The position numbers and the translations under genes were made by a program. A DNA stretch of 64,000 bases from a virus. Below, in pieces: positions 54,979 to 63,864 of the stretch. The DNA is taken from the IMG/VR virus record IMGVR_UViG_3300017971_000207, positions 81,434-145,433 of that record; one strand, 5' to 3'. Under the pieces are notes generated by a model that was not told the DNA's origin, did not search any database, and saw only the letters and a list, made by a program, of their open reading frames with translations. Position 1 is the stretch's first letter. Each line of letters starts with the position of its first letter.

Positions 54979-55272
54979 TTACTCTACCTCCATGGCGCAC
55001 TTAGCGCACCATCCTAGGGACCACCACAGCTGCAGGGGTCCGAGAAGCAGCCCATCGTTGGGGCCGTCGTAGTAGCTGTGGACGCGCCCCCACCTCGTCC
55101 AGCTCTTCGGGGTCCAGGCTAGGAGCGCGTAGCGCGCGCTAAGGCCCACCCAGCGGCCGTTCAGCTCCAGCTGCTCAATAACCCCCACATAGTCGCTCGC
55201 GAGCTCTAGAGCCCATCTACGGGGCGAAGCGGGCCCATCTGAGGGCACCTCTAGCAACGGTACGGTGAGCAT
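54979..55272 (-). CDS. Hypothetical Trp-rich protein
   Basis: Overlaps upstream stop; YYDGP. Confidence 0.5.
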   Translation of the reverse strand: MLTVPLLEVPSDGPASPRRWALELASDYVGVIEQLELNGRWVGLSARYALLAWTPKSWTRWGRVHSYYDGPNDGLLLGPLQLWWSLGWCAKCAMEVE

Positions 55273-56000
55273 CAGCACCCGACCTCCGCGTGCTGCAGAA
55301 GAGTCTCTATGTCCTTCCCGATCCAAACCAAACCACGAAGGGTCTTTACTAGCGCCTCATCAAGAATGTTGTGGCGCAAGATGCTCAGATCCTCCGAGAC
55401 GAGGAATAGGAACAAAGCGCGGCGCAGGGGAACGGCGACGGACTCTGGTGGAATAGCACGCATCCCTAACAGACGATCTAAAAAGCTCTCCCAGCTCTCA
55501 TACTTCGCCTCCTCGACGATATCCTTCCACTCCCTAAGCTCCTTAGCTCTACACTCCAAGGCCACCTCACTATCCCACCGGACATCCTGGTCATAGGGCA
55601 CAAGAGGATAGCGCCCTAGCTCCAGGCACCGCTTGATGTTGCGCTTGGTGCCGCTACTCTCGCGAGCCGACGGATGGGTATAGGCGAGGAAGTGGGTGCA
55701 GGCCTCGATCGCCGCGTCGTCGCGGGCCTCGTCGGTGGCGAATCCCCCCTCCAGCTGCCAGCTGCTGACCTTGGTGCGGTACCTGTCGGGCAGGTACCGC
55801 GGGCGCTCCCCGATGTGATATACGCTTACCCGCGTGGTGCGGGTCTTGAGAAGCTCCATCACCAAGGTATCGACCCCACGGAAGTCGCAGACGATGAAGC
55901 TCTCGTCGTCCTCGTACGGGAGGAGCCAAAGGGGCTCAGCATACAGCTTTACAAAGTCCTCGAAGCGTGCGCAGCCAGGACCAAAGATGTAGAGCCTCAC
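55272..56000 (-). CDS. Hypothetical protein with SLOG-like N-terminal domain
   Basis: FIV.D.RGVD..YH...PR..GGF....RD....S.GT.RN. Confidence 0.55.
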   Translation of the reverse strand: MRLYIFGPGCARFEDFVKLYAEPLWLLPYEDDESFIVCDFRGVDTLVMELLKTRTTRVSVYHIGERPRYLPDRYRTKVSSWQLEGGFATDEARDDAAIEACTHFLAYTHPSARESSGTKRNIKRCLELGRYPLVPYDQDVRWDSEVALECRAKELREWKDIVEEAKYESWESFLDRLLGMRAIPPESVAVPLRRALFLFLVSEDLSILRHNILDEALVKTLRGLVWIGKDIETLLQHAEVGC

Positions 56001-56440
56001 AGGCTTGCTCCCGACGCTGTGGGGTCATAAGCAACGACCTCGGGAGGCAACCCGACCGTCTCGATACGAGCAATGAGCTTGCATAGTCGCTGCTGTGTAC
56101 GTTTCTCAGCAGCTGCAAACTTAACAAATCGATCGTGTACCTCCTGATTATCGAAGTGCTCTAGCCAGTGCGACGCGGTGCGCTGCTGCTGAACCTCTCG
56201 GGCTGCAGACATGTTGGCAAGGCCCTTCAGCCCTTCAAGGATGACACGCTCGCGGTTGCCCGAGAGCCACGACCGGAAACGCTCCGCTGCGGCTTGCATG
56301 TCGCCCAGGACGTACGATGGGGGAGGACGGCAACGCAGCCACGCGCCGTCCAGCTCGCCACACATCCTACGGATGTCCGTCTTGGTCCACCGTTTAGCCG
56401 TTTTCACGATCCGGTGCTCCCCAGGTACGCATTGGCCCAC
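55997..56440 (-). CDS. Hypothetical protein
   Basis: Operon packing. Confidence 0.5.
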   Translation of the reverse strand: MGQCVPGEHRIVKTAKRWTKTDIRRMCGELDGAWLRCRPPPSYVLGDMQAAAERFRSWLSGNRERVILEGLKGLANMSAAREVQQQRTASHWLEHFDNQEVHDRFVKFAAAEKRTQQRLCKLIARIETVGLPPEVVAYDPTASGASL

Positions 56441-56760
56441 TCTAGATCGTCTTCCAACTCCCCGTGCTTGATCGCCTCGGTATGATGCCTTTCTCTCACC
56501 AAGCGCATTAGCCCCTCGATGGCCGCTTTGCTACCACTATCGTTGTCGTACTGCTCAGCTCTGTCACGGAGCCACGCTACAAGATAGACGTCGGATACAC
56601 CTATGTGTAAGCCCAGCTCCAGCTGTACCAGCACCAGCTCCGCGAGCCGCTTAGCTTTGCCGAGCATGCTAAAGATCTCCTCGGTGTCTGTCAGCTCGCG
56701 AATCTCTAGAATCTCCCCAGCAAGCATAAGCTGCTCCTTCCAGTAGTCCTCCGCATCCAT
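56404..56760 (-). CDS. Hypothetical protein
   Basis: Operon packing; start uncertain. Confidence 0.5.
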   Translation of the reverse strand: MDAEDYWKEQLMLAGEILEIRELTDTEEIFSMLGKAKRLAELVLVQLELGLHIGVSDVYLVAWLRDRAEQYDNDSGSKAAIEGLMRLVRERHHTEAIKHGELEDDLEWANAYLGSTGS

Positions 56761-56786
56761 GATCAACGTCCTTTCTCTATCAATGT

Positions 56787-57476
56787 CTAGCGTCCGTGTG
56801 ACATCCACAGCTCCTCGACCAGGGCTGCGGTACGGTCCCAATCCTGCGGTGTGAGCCCGTTCGGGTCCCAGGGCAAGATTGCGCACTCCACCGTGTGGCT
56901 CCAGGGGTACATCGCGGTCTTAGCCTCGCTCAGCAGCTGCTGATAGCCCTCGTGTATCTCCTGGAGGTACTCCAGCGTGATGTCGGCCTCCTGCGGTCTA
57001 CCGCGCTTCCTGATGCGCTCCAGGCACGTCTCGGGCCTGGCGTTCAGATACAGCAGGACCGTAGGGGGGAAGAGCACGAGGGACATGTTGCGGACGGCCG
57101 TCATGTAGATATCCCACTCCTTGGGGTGGATCGCCCCATGCTTCATCAGCACCTGCGCGAACACCATATCCCCCCAAAGGGAGCGATCGAGAATGGCGCC
57201 GTCATAGCCGGCTGAGACCATGGTCTCAGCCGCGGCCGACATCTGAGCAGCCCAGCGGCGGTGAAGCATCTCTATCTGGAAGGGGAAGGACCACCTCTCC
57301 TTATCCGCGTAGAACAGCTCCAGAAGCTCGGGGTCTACCGGCTCCTCGATTAGCCGCAGATTGAGGCGGTTGGCAAGCTCGCGGCTCGCGGTGCTCTTAC
57401 CTGCACCTATTGAGCCCTCAACAATGATCAACGGGCGCAGCCACGCCCTAACATCTTTCGGACCTCTACCGGTCAT
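56787..57476 (-). CDS. Deoxynucleoside kinase (dNK family)
   Basis: VEGSIGAGKST, EPV, FQ, DRS..D..F, RI..RGR..E, YL. Confidence 0.93.
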   Translation of the reverse strand: MTGRGPKDVRAWLRPLIIVEGSIGAGKSTASRELANRLNLRLIEEPVDPELLELFYADKERWSFPFQIEMLHRRWAAQMSAAAETMVSAGYDGAILDRSLWGDMVFAQVLMKHGAIHPKEWDIYMTAVRNMSLVLFPPTVLLYLNARPETCLERIRKRGRPQEADITLEYLQEIHEGYQQLLSEAKTAMYPWSHTVECAILPWDPNGLTPQDWDRTAALVEELWMSHGR

Positions 57477-57666
57477 CTGTGCTCTCCTATGGGCTAGTCC
57501 AGTCCAGTCTAATGTCCGACAGCCGCACGCGGCTACACAGAATCTGCACCACCTCGAACGAGGCCCCCCTATCCTCCGACGCCCTCAGCGCGATAACGTT
57601 GCTGCTGCTCACCGATGCCTCCCGTCTCCCAGCCCCTCTAGAGCTGGGAGAATAGCACGCCAGGAG

Positions 57667-57933
57667 CTAGTTAAGCTCCTCCTCATCGGAGGCCGTAGGG
57701 AGGCTCGGGACGGGGCTCGGCTCCTGGGCCTTCAGCTCGTCCTCAAAGCAGGCCATGGCCAGTGCCAAGAACGCCTGCGGGGGCGCCTGAAGGTCGATAA
57801 AGACGCGCGCCGCCATCCGAAGGCACACCCGGACAAACCGCCGTGTGTGGTCAGCATCCATGGGGATACCAAGAGCACTCATCTTACCCTTGACCGCCTC
57901 GCCCAGCTTCACCTGTAGCTCGATTCTCTCCAT
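57667..57933 (-). CDS. Hypothetical protein
   Basis: RBS AAGGAG; TTGACA-17-TACGCT promoter. Confidence 0.6.
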   Translation of the reverse strand: MERIELQVKLGEAVKGKMSALGIPMDADHTRRFVRVCLRMAARVFIDLQAPPQAFLALAMACFEDELKAQEPSPVPSLPTASDEEELN

Positions 57934-58048
57934 TGCGTTGCTCCTTGCCGCTGTGTTGGTTGGTATAATGTTTGGCGACACGACCAGCGTACCCACTAGC
58001 GTGGTGATTGTCAAGACGTTGGGTAAACTTTCCACAGACGAGGGTAAG

Positions 58049-59134
58049 ATGAGCACAGAGGCGCGTGATATTGTTGACGAGCTGACGGACCTACTGCTAA
58101 CGCATCCGGGCTGGGATGACCTGCTTCTGGCCTCAATCACGGAGGCGAAGGAGGAGGCGCTGCAGCGGGGGATGGAGCGGGCCAGGGAGTGGCCTGACGA
58201 CCTGGACGGCTACTTCGAGTATCTGCGTGGAGCGGTGCGGTGGATACCGCGGCAGGACTACCCGCGGGAGACGTTCAACCACCTGGCCAAGTTCTACTGG
58301 CTGCTGGACCAGCCGACGGGGCGGAAGCTGCAAGCTTCCGAGGAATTTAACCGGTGGATGTGCGACTTTGCAGCGGACTGGGGAGCTTTCCTCAGCACCT
58401 CTGCATCAGCGGCAGACCTGGCCACCTTTGAGGCAGACCCAGCTTACAACACCTGGCAGTATGTCAAGCCGCCGCATGGGTGGGCCACGTTCAACGACTT
58501 CTTCGCTCGCTACATCAAGCCAGGCATGCGGCCTGTGGCCGGCTACCGGCAGGATGCCATCATCACAAGCCCCGCCGACTGCACCTTCAAGGCTAAGTGG
58601 CCCATCAGCAACGACAGCACAGTCACGATCAAGTTCACCCACACCTACTCGGTCCTCGACCTGCTGGAGGGGAGCCCCTACCGCGACCGCTTTCGCGGCG
58701 GCCTGTTTGCTCACAGCTTCCTGGGTCCCTCGGACTACCACCACTTCCACTCACCGGTCCGGGGGACCGTGCTGGAGAGCCGAGCTGTGGTGGGCCGCGT
58801 ATTCCTCGGGGTCACGATCAACGAGCATGGGGAGTTTGAGGCGCCCGACAGAGCTGCCAACGGCTACGAGTTTCGGCAAGCTCGGGGCATCATCATCTTT
58901 GACAGCCCGATCGGGCTGGTCGCTGTCATCCCCGTAGGGATGGCGCAGGTCAGCTCGGTGAACATGACCGCTGTCGAGGGCTCCTACGTGAACAAAGGCG
59001 ATCGCTTCGGCTACTTCATGTTCGGCGGCTCGGACATCATCGTGCTGTTCGAGAAGGGCTCCGGGGTCGAGTGGACCGCTGCCCCCGGCATCCACACTAA
59101 CGTGGGGATGGCCGTCGCTGAGGTCTTTCGCTAG
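58049..59134 (+). CDS. psd: Phosphatidylserine decarboxylase family proenzyme
   Basis: TFNDFFAR, SPAD, DYHHFHSPV.G, VGM..VSS, GYF.FGGS self-cleavage motif. Confidence 0.92.
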   Translation: MSTEARDIVDELTDLLLTHPGWDDLLLASITEAKEEALQRGMERAREWPDDLDGYFEYLRGAVRWIPRQDYPRETFNHLAKFYWLLDQPTGRKLQASEEFNRWMCDFAADWGAFLSTSASAADLATFEADPAYNTWQYVKPPHGWATFNDFFARYIKPGMRPVAGYRQDAIITSPADCTFKAKWPISNDSTVTIKFTHTYSVLDLLEGSPYRDRFRGGLFAHSFLGPSDYHHFHSPVRGTVLESRAVVGRVFLGVTINEHGEFEAPDRAANGYEFRQARGIIIFDSPIGLVAVIPVGMAQVSSVNMTAVEGSYVNKGDRFGYFMFGGSDIIVLFEKGSGVEWTAAPGIHTNVGMAVAEVFR

Positions 59135-59676
59135 ATATCGACGCCGTTCACCCATGCGGGGTCGTAGGGGTCCGAGAGACCTGCGCAGGTGAGGTCCTCC
59201 GCGTCGCCCTCAATCTGCATCAGGTAGGTCACGGTCCAGTCCTCGGGGTTGGCCCACTCAATCACCTCGTCCGGGGCCTTAGCCGTCTCCTCAAGGCCGT
59301 CCTCAACCGCCTCGGGGGTCACGGTGCGTGTGATGCCGAAAACACGTCCTGTAAGCTCTGATCGTAGAAGGCGGCGCGGCGTCTTAAAGTTCCTCATCTC
59401 CCCGAGCTGCTGCCACGTCTCCTTGCGCTGCTCATAGAGGCCGTCTACTCGCCGGCGTAGCATCGTTACGCAGCGCTCGATCGGGTACTGTCGCGGTTTG
59501 AAGGTAGCCAGGAGCTCGTCGGCCACCCAGACCTGGTGCATTCGGTCGAGGCGCTCTCGGACCACCCCACACTTTGCGCAGTGCCGATTGCCACCACCCC
59601 CTATTGAGGTCTCCTCAAACGGGTACCCGAAAAGCTCCGTCGCACACTCGGTGCATAGCCATGCCAGCTGTCTCAT
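59131..59676 (-). CDS. Zn-finger domain protein
   Basis: WLCTECATELF..CAKCGVVR; N-terminus duplicated in next ORF. Confidence 0.65.
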   Translation of the reverse strand: MRQLAWLCTECATELFGYPFEETSIGGGGNRHCAKCGVVRERLDRMHQVWVADELLATFKPRQYPIERCVTMLRRRVDGLYEQRKETWQQLGEMRNFKTPRRLLRSELTGRVFGITRTVTPEAVEDGLEETAKAPDEVIEWANPEDWTVTYLMQIEGDAEDLTCAGLSDPYDPAWVNGVDI

Positions 59677-59912
59677 GATGGGATCTCCGTAAGCTCCGCA
59701 GGCGCCTGGGTCGAGATGCCTGCGGCCTGAAAGAACTCCTCGGTGGCGTTGCACCAGTGCATCCGATCGCTCTGCTTCCGGACCACCCCACACTTAGCGC
59801 AGCGGCGCTTCCCCTGGCCGAGCGTCTGCCAATTCTTGAAAGGAAAGGCAAAAAGCTCTGTCGCACAGTCGGTACATAACCAGACTTGGTCTTTTCTCTT
59901 CTGCTCACTCAT
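59673..59912 (-). CDS. Small Zn-finger protein
   Basis: WLCTDCATELF..CAKCGVVR..DRMH. Confidence 0.65.
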   Translation of the reverse strand: MSEQKRKDQVWLCTDCATELFAFPFKNWQTLGQGKRRCAKCGVVRKQSDRMHWCNATEEFFQAAGISTQAPAELTEIPS

Positions 59913-60520
59913 GATTGCATCTCCATGTACTCGGCCACCACCTCACCTCGGCGGAGCAACACCAAGCCCCCCCGAAAAGCCATAGGTCCTTGATCGGAGG
60001 CGTACCGCCACAGCTCGTCGCCGTCCTGCCATTGATCGCAGAAACGGTCCCATTCGGGCTCGCCGGTACGCGTCGGCGGCTCTCCCTTGGGGGTACGCTC
60101 TATCAGCCGTGTCTTGAGCCTCGCCATCCAGCCCGGAATACTCGGCGCTGCCGGCCCAACGGTGGTGGCCTCCATCACGGTGTCGTCCACCACGTCCACG
60201 TGGAGGGGTCGCGGTGTCTCCGTCTCCCGGCGGTTGTCGGCCCGCAACGTGGGCAGGTTGGCCGCGCCGGTAACCCACAGCACGCCTTGAATGAAGCCCA
60301 GCCACCGCTGGGCCTTGTCCAGCTTCTCAGCCTCTAGGTGTCCGAGAGCCTCCTCACACATCCACAGGGCGTGCTTGAGGGCCGCCTCGGGCCACGGCTT
60401 GACATCGACGAGCCCATACCGCGGGGGGAAGGGAGGAGCTTCTAGGCCCCGCTCCTTGAAGGCGGCGCCGATGTGCTCCTGGCACCGTTTGATCGCTCGC
60501 CGTACACGCGCGGCGTCCAT
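59909..60520 (-). CDS. Hypothetical two-domain protein
   Basis: H.LWM..K..RWLGFIQG; GDELW..GL.L.R.G. Confidence 0.65.
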   Translation of the reverse strand: MDAARVRRAIKRCQEHIGAAFKERGLEAPPFPPRYGLVDVKPWPEAALKHALWMCEEALGHLEAEKLDKAQRWLGFIQGVLWVTGAANLPTLRADNRRETETPRPLHVDVVDDTVMEATTVGPAAPSIPGWMARLKTRLIERTPKGEPPTRTGEPEWDRFCDQWQDGDELWRYASDQGPMAFRGGLVLLRRGEVVAEYMEMQS

Positions 60521-61056
60521 CACCCCTCCAGCTCCGTGTAGCATCCCCTGTGGTACCAGACGTGCGGGCCGTACTTCGCAATACGCTCAGTGCCCCCACC
60601 CACAGACCGCAGCACGGTATCCTCAGCTACCCCGACCGCGTCCTCGTAGCCTAGAGCTGGTAGATCAACCACGTTTCGGCCGCAGACAGCACAAGAATGA
60701 ACTATCAGCAGCCTATTGCTCTCGGGCAGCCATCCGCCCGTGAGAACCTGCTGAACGACACGAAAGGTCGCAGCCCGCCACTTCCGCCTGATGTGCTCGG
60801 GCAGGTCCTCCCAGGTGGGCATGGGCTTACCCTCGTAGTTCTTCCAATCCGCATCCTCGCCGTAGGCGACGTAGCCTATACGAGCCAAGCTCTCGTGCTG
60901 GAGCAGCTGCTCAGACGTAGCGGATGCTCGGGCTGCTACCTCCCGCTCTACATCAAGCGCCTGCTGCCGCTCCTCCTCCTCGCAAAGTATCTTGGCTAAG
61001 TACGCCACATCCTCGGGCGTCATGTTGCGTAGATCAATCTCTCTCGGGCGCTTCAT
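60520..61056 (-). CDS. Hypothetical protein
   Basis: Y.AY...WKNY.G.PMP.WEDLP..W. Confidence 0.65.
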   Translation of the reverse strand: MKRPREIDLRNMTPEDVAYLAKILCEEEERQQALDVEREVAARASATSEQLLQHESLARIGYVAYGEDADWKNYEGKPMPTWEDLPEHIRRKWRAATFRVVQQVLTGGWLPESNRLLIVHSCAVCGRNVVDLPALGYEDAVGVAEDTVLRSVGGGTERIAKYGPHVWYHRGCYTELEG

Positions 61057-61367
61057 TCCTCGTCCTCCGCATCGCGCTCTGCGCGTCTATCCCCCTCGTT
61101 CCGTCTAGCCTTCAGGTAGGTGGTAGAGAAAGCCTGGTAGCCGGCCTTGCGGGCCTCGCGCAGCTCGGCGGATGCCTCCTTGCGGGTCAGACAGGCGACG
61201 GGCTCCCACGAGCTGTCGTCAAGCGTGAGCCGCTTGACCCACACGATCACGAGCCGCTTTCGGCCGGTAAACTCCTGAGAGTGCGGGTTGCCGGGGTTAG
61301 GTGGATGCTTGTGGTGCTTGGGGGCCGGCTTAACCTCTCGGACCACTCGCCGGTACGGATGGCTCAT
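61053..61367 (-). CDS. Basic hypothetical protein
   Basis: ATGA overlap; RBS GAGG. Confidence 0.55.
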   Translation of the reverse strand: MSHPYRRVVREVKPAPKHHKHPPNPGNPHSQEFTGRKRLVIVWVKRLTLDDSSWEPVACLTRKEASAELREARKAGYQAFSTTYLKARRNEGDRRAERDAEDEE

Positions 61368-61450
61368 CCTCTAGTCTCCCCTAGGGCCAAAGCACAACGC
61401 ATGGAACGCCGTCTGGTTTGAGGTCCTCCTCGCTGTCAGCTCTTTAACGA

Positions 61451-61924
61451 TCATCCCACCCCCTTTACCAGCAGCAGCGTGCCTCCGCCCTCATGAGGAC
61501 ATTCGAGCGGGCGGGCATCCAGCGCTCTCGGCCGCCGATCGTCATCAGTGGCCGAGTGTGTGCATTTCCCCTGCGCCTGCACCCCGCGGCCGCTCTTTAC
61601 CGCAAAGGGGCACTCTCGACAGCGCGACACCTCGATCGTGTACGCAGGCGCTACTGCGATTCCCGTAGGGGGCTCGGACTCAGGTGGAGGGGGCTCTGGC
61701 TTCGGCTCTGGCTCAGGCTCGGGTGGAGGGGGCTCTGGCTCTGGTACCGGAGGCTGTTCGGCCAGGCGTCGAATAAGCTCATCCTTCAGCATTCGGACGG
61801 GGCTTTCGGCCGTCTCCGGTGGCGTAACGAAGCCCACCTTGGGGCGACGTTTGAGGACCGCTGCCTGAAAGGACTCGATCAGCTCCTCTGTGTCCATCTC
61901 CGTTACAGGTGTGTCGCTGCTCAT
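61451..61924 (-). CDS. Pro-rich protein with C-terminal Cys motif
   Basis: PEPEP repeats; C.ECPF..C..CP; RBS AGGAG. Confidence 0.6.
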   Translation of the reverse strand: MSSDTPVTEMDTEELIESFQAAVLKRRPKVGFVTPPETAESPVRMLKDELIRRLAEQPPVPEPEPPPPEPEPEPKPEPPPPESEPPTGIAVAPAYTIEVSRCRECPFAVKSGRGVQAQGKCTHSATDDDRRPRALDARPLECPHEGGGTLLLVKGVG

Positions 61925-62030
61925 CTATCGGTCTCCTATACGTCTGAGGGTTTAGGTCCCCACTAGCGCGGGGAAGCTCCGTCACCAGGGGCTAAGCCAA
62001 CCGTTCCGCTAAACTTACCAAAAGTTACCA

Positions 62031-63254
62031 TTAGGTAGCTCCTGCGTTAGCTTCCTGCCCAGAAGGTAGTTTCACTCGGCCCACATGGACCAAGCCAGCG
62101 CTCCCTTGGCGACAGGCTGACACCCCGGAACTCGGGGCCAAAGTCTTCAGATTCACAGCAGCGTTCAGGTCCCTATCCATCACCAGACCACACCGCTCAC
62201 AACGATAGGTTCGCTCTCCGAGACCCAAGGTCTCTTTGACGTGTCCACAACGTGAGCACCTCTTGGATGATGGATAGAATCTGTCTGCCTTGACCAAGAT
62301 GGCACCATACCACCTGGCCTTATATTCAAGCTGCCTGTGGAACTCCGACAAGGAAGCGTCGCTCAAAGCTCGGCTCAGCCTACGGTTCTTGAGCATCCCG
62401 GCAACATTCAGGTCCTCAATCACAATCGTCCCCGCCGACTTGGCTATCATCGTCGTGGCCTTGTTGATTGAGTCTCGTCTGATGCAGGATACTCGATAGT
62501 GCTGACGAGCTAGCTGAAGCTTGGCTTTCCTTCGGTTCTTTGATCCTTTCTTCCGCCTTGAGACGGCCTTTGACAAGCGACGAAGGCGCTTCAGCGCCCC
62601 ACCCAAAGCTCTTGGGTTCTCGAACACCTCGCCCTCAGAGGTCACTGCGAGATGTGAAATACCAACATCCGCCCCAAGCACACCTTTGGCGGACCTCGGC
62701 TCTGGTCTGTCCTTCTCGACGGAGAGGGAAACGAACCACCGCCCGGCCCGCTCAGAGATGGTCGCTGAGAGCACTTTGACTCCATCCTGGGGAAGGTAGC
62801 CCTGCTCCTTCAAACGGAGCCTACCAAGCCTCGGGAGCTGAATATGAGTGCCTTCGGAGGTGACCTTGACGGTGCCGGTGAGAGTGAAGCTTCCAATCCC
62901 GTTCCTTCGGCTTTTGAAGCGAGGGAATCCCTTCCTTTTGGCCCCTTGCTTGCAACGCCTAAAGAAGCTCTTGTAAGCCTTATCAAGGTTCCTCAAGCTC
63001 TCCTGGGCCGCGCACTTCGAGACCTCATACATCCAGGGGACGCCGCCCTGCTCCTTGGGGAGCTTCTTCAGCTTGTTCAGCTCCCGGTGAAGCTCCATGG
63101 CGCTCGGAGAGCGTTTGGTTGTCCGATAGCTCTCGATCTTCTGACGAAGGCCCCAGTTGAAGGCCCACCGAGCAGCTCCCGCGTGCTTCAAGAGCAGTGT
63201 CCGCTGAACGTTGTTGGGGTCCAGCTCCACTTTATAGCCACGGTTCACCTTCAT
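62031..63254 (-). CDS. tnpB: TnpB RNA-guided endonuclease
   Basis: RuvC GADVG, IEDL, DRDLNAA; Zn finger CSRC/CERC; GFPRFK. Confidence 0.95.
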   Translation of the reverse strand: MKVNRGYKVELDPNNVQRTLLLKHAGAARWAFNWGLRQKIESYRTTKRSPSAMELHRELNKLKKLPKEQGGVPWMYEVSKCAAQESLRNLDKAYKSFFRRCKQGAKRKGFPRFKSRRNGIGSFTLTGTVKVTSEGTHIQLPRLGRLRLKEQGYLPQDGVKVLSATISERAGRWFVSLSVEKDRPEPRSAKGVLGADVGISHLAVTSEGEVFENPRALGGALKRLRRLSKAVSRRKKGSKNRRKAKLQLARQHYRVSCIRRDSINKATTMIAKSAGTIVIEDLNVAGMLKNRRLSRALSDASLSEFHRQLEYKARWYGAILVKADRFYPSSKRCSRCGHVKETLGLGERTYRCERCGLVMDRDLNAAVNLKTLAPSSGVSACRQGSAGLVHVGRVKLPSGQEANAGAT

Positions 63255-63864
63255 TTTCCTGGGCCTTCCTCTTGCGGTTGGCGGCAGAGCGACGACCATA
63301 GATCCTTGCGGAGAAGGATGACATCAGAGAAAGGATGTCCGAGACAAGCTCCTCCTCGTAGCTCTTGCCCAGAGCCTTTCGAACCCACTCTATCCGAACA
63401 CCATGGCTCGCAAAGTAGCTCTCAAGGAACCCAAAGGAGAAGCGGCAGAGGCGATCCTTATGCTCGACTACAACCACGTCCACCTTGTGCTCGTTGACTA
63501 GCTTGAAGAGCCGATGAAGCTTTGACCTCGTATCAGACATCCCCGAGCCAACCTCTCGAAGCACGGCTTTGACCTGGTACTCCTTCTTGGCGCAATAGGC
63601 TGAAACACGGCCTACCTGACGTTCAAGGTCGCCCTTCTGCTTCTGGTCATGGCTGCTTACGCGACAGTAGACCACGGCTCTGAGAACCGCGCTCTCAGGC
63701 TGCTGGCCCTGAAGAGCTTGAATATCCGAGAGACGATAGCGCCGATGACCTCCTGGGGTGCGGACAGCTTGGAGACGGCCTTCGTTATCCCACCGACGTA
63801 GTGTACTCGGGTCTGCTCCAAGCTGCTTGGCCGCCTGACGGAGCGTTAGGAGTCGCTCACTCAT
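63232..63864 (-). CDS. tnpA: IS607 TnpA serine recombinase
   Basis: MerR-like HTH (TLRRWD..RTPGGHRRY), YCRVSS, EVGSG, HKDRL.R. Confidence 0.95.
   Translation of the reverse strand: MSERLLTLRQAAKQLGADPSTLRRWDNEGRLQAVRTPGGHRRYRLSDIQALQGQQPESAVLRAVVYCRVSSHDQKQKGDLERQVGRVSAYCAKKEYQVKAVLREVGSGMSDTRSKLHRLFKLVNEHKVDVVVVEHKDRLCRFSFGFLESYFASHGVRIEWVRKALGKSYEEELVSDILSLMSSFSARIYGRRSAANRKRKAQENEGEPWL

Larger units (their letters stand above)
62001..63864 (-). mobile_element. IS607-family element (left end not identified, possibly beyond window)
   Basis: Overlapping tnpA and tnpB; right-end-like GTAAGTTT..GAACGG ending at 62001. Confidence 0.85.

Noticed and set aside
57845-58048. Transmembrane N-terminal extension of Psd
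   Set aside because: Overlaps a divergent gene and its promoter; ATG 58049 is more plausible.
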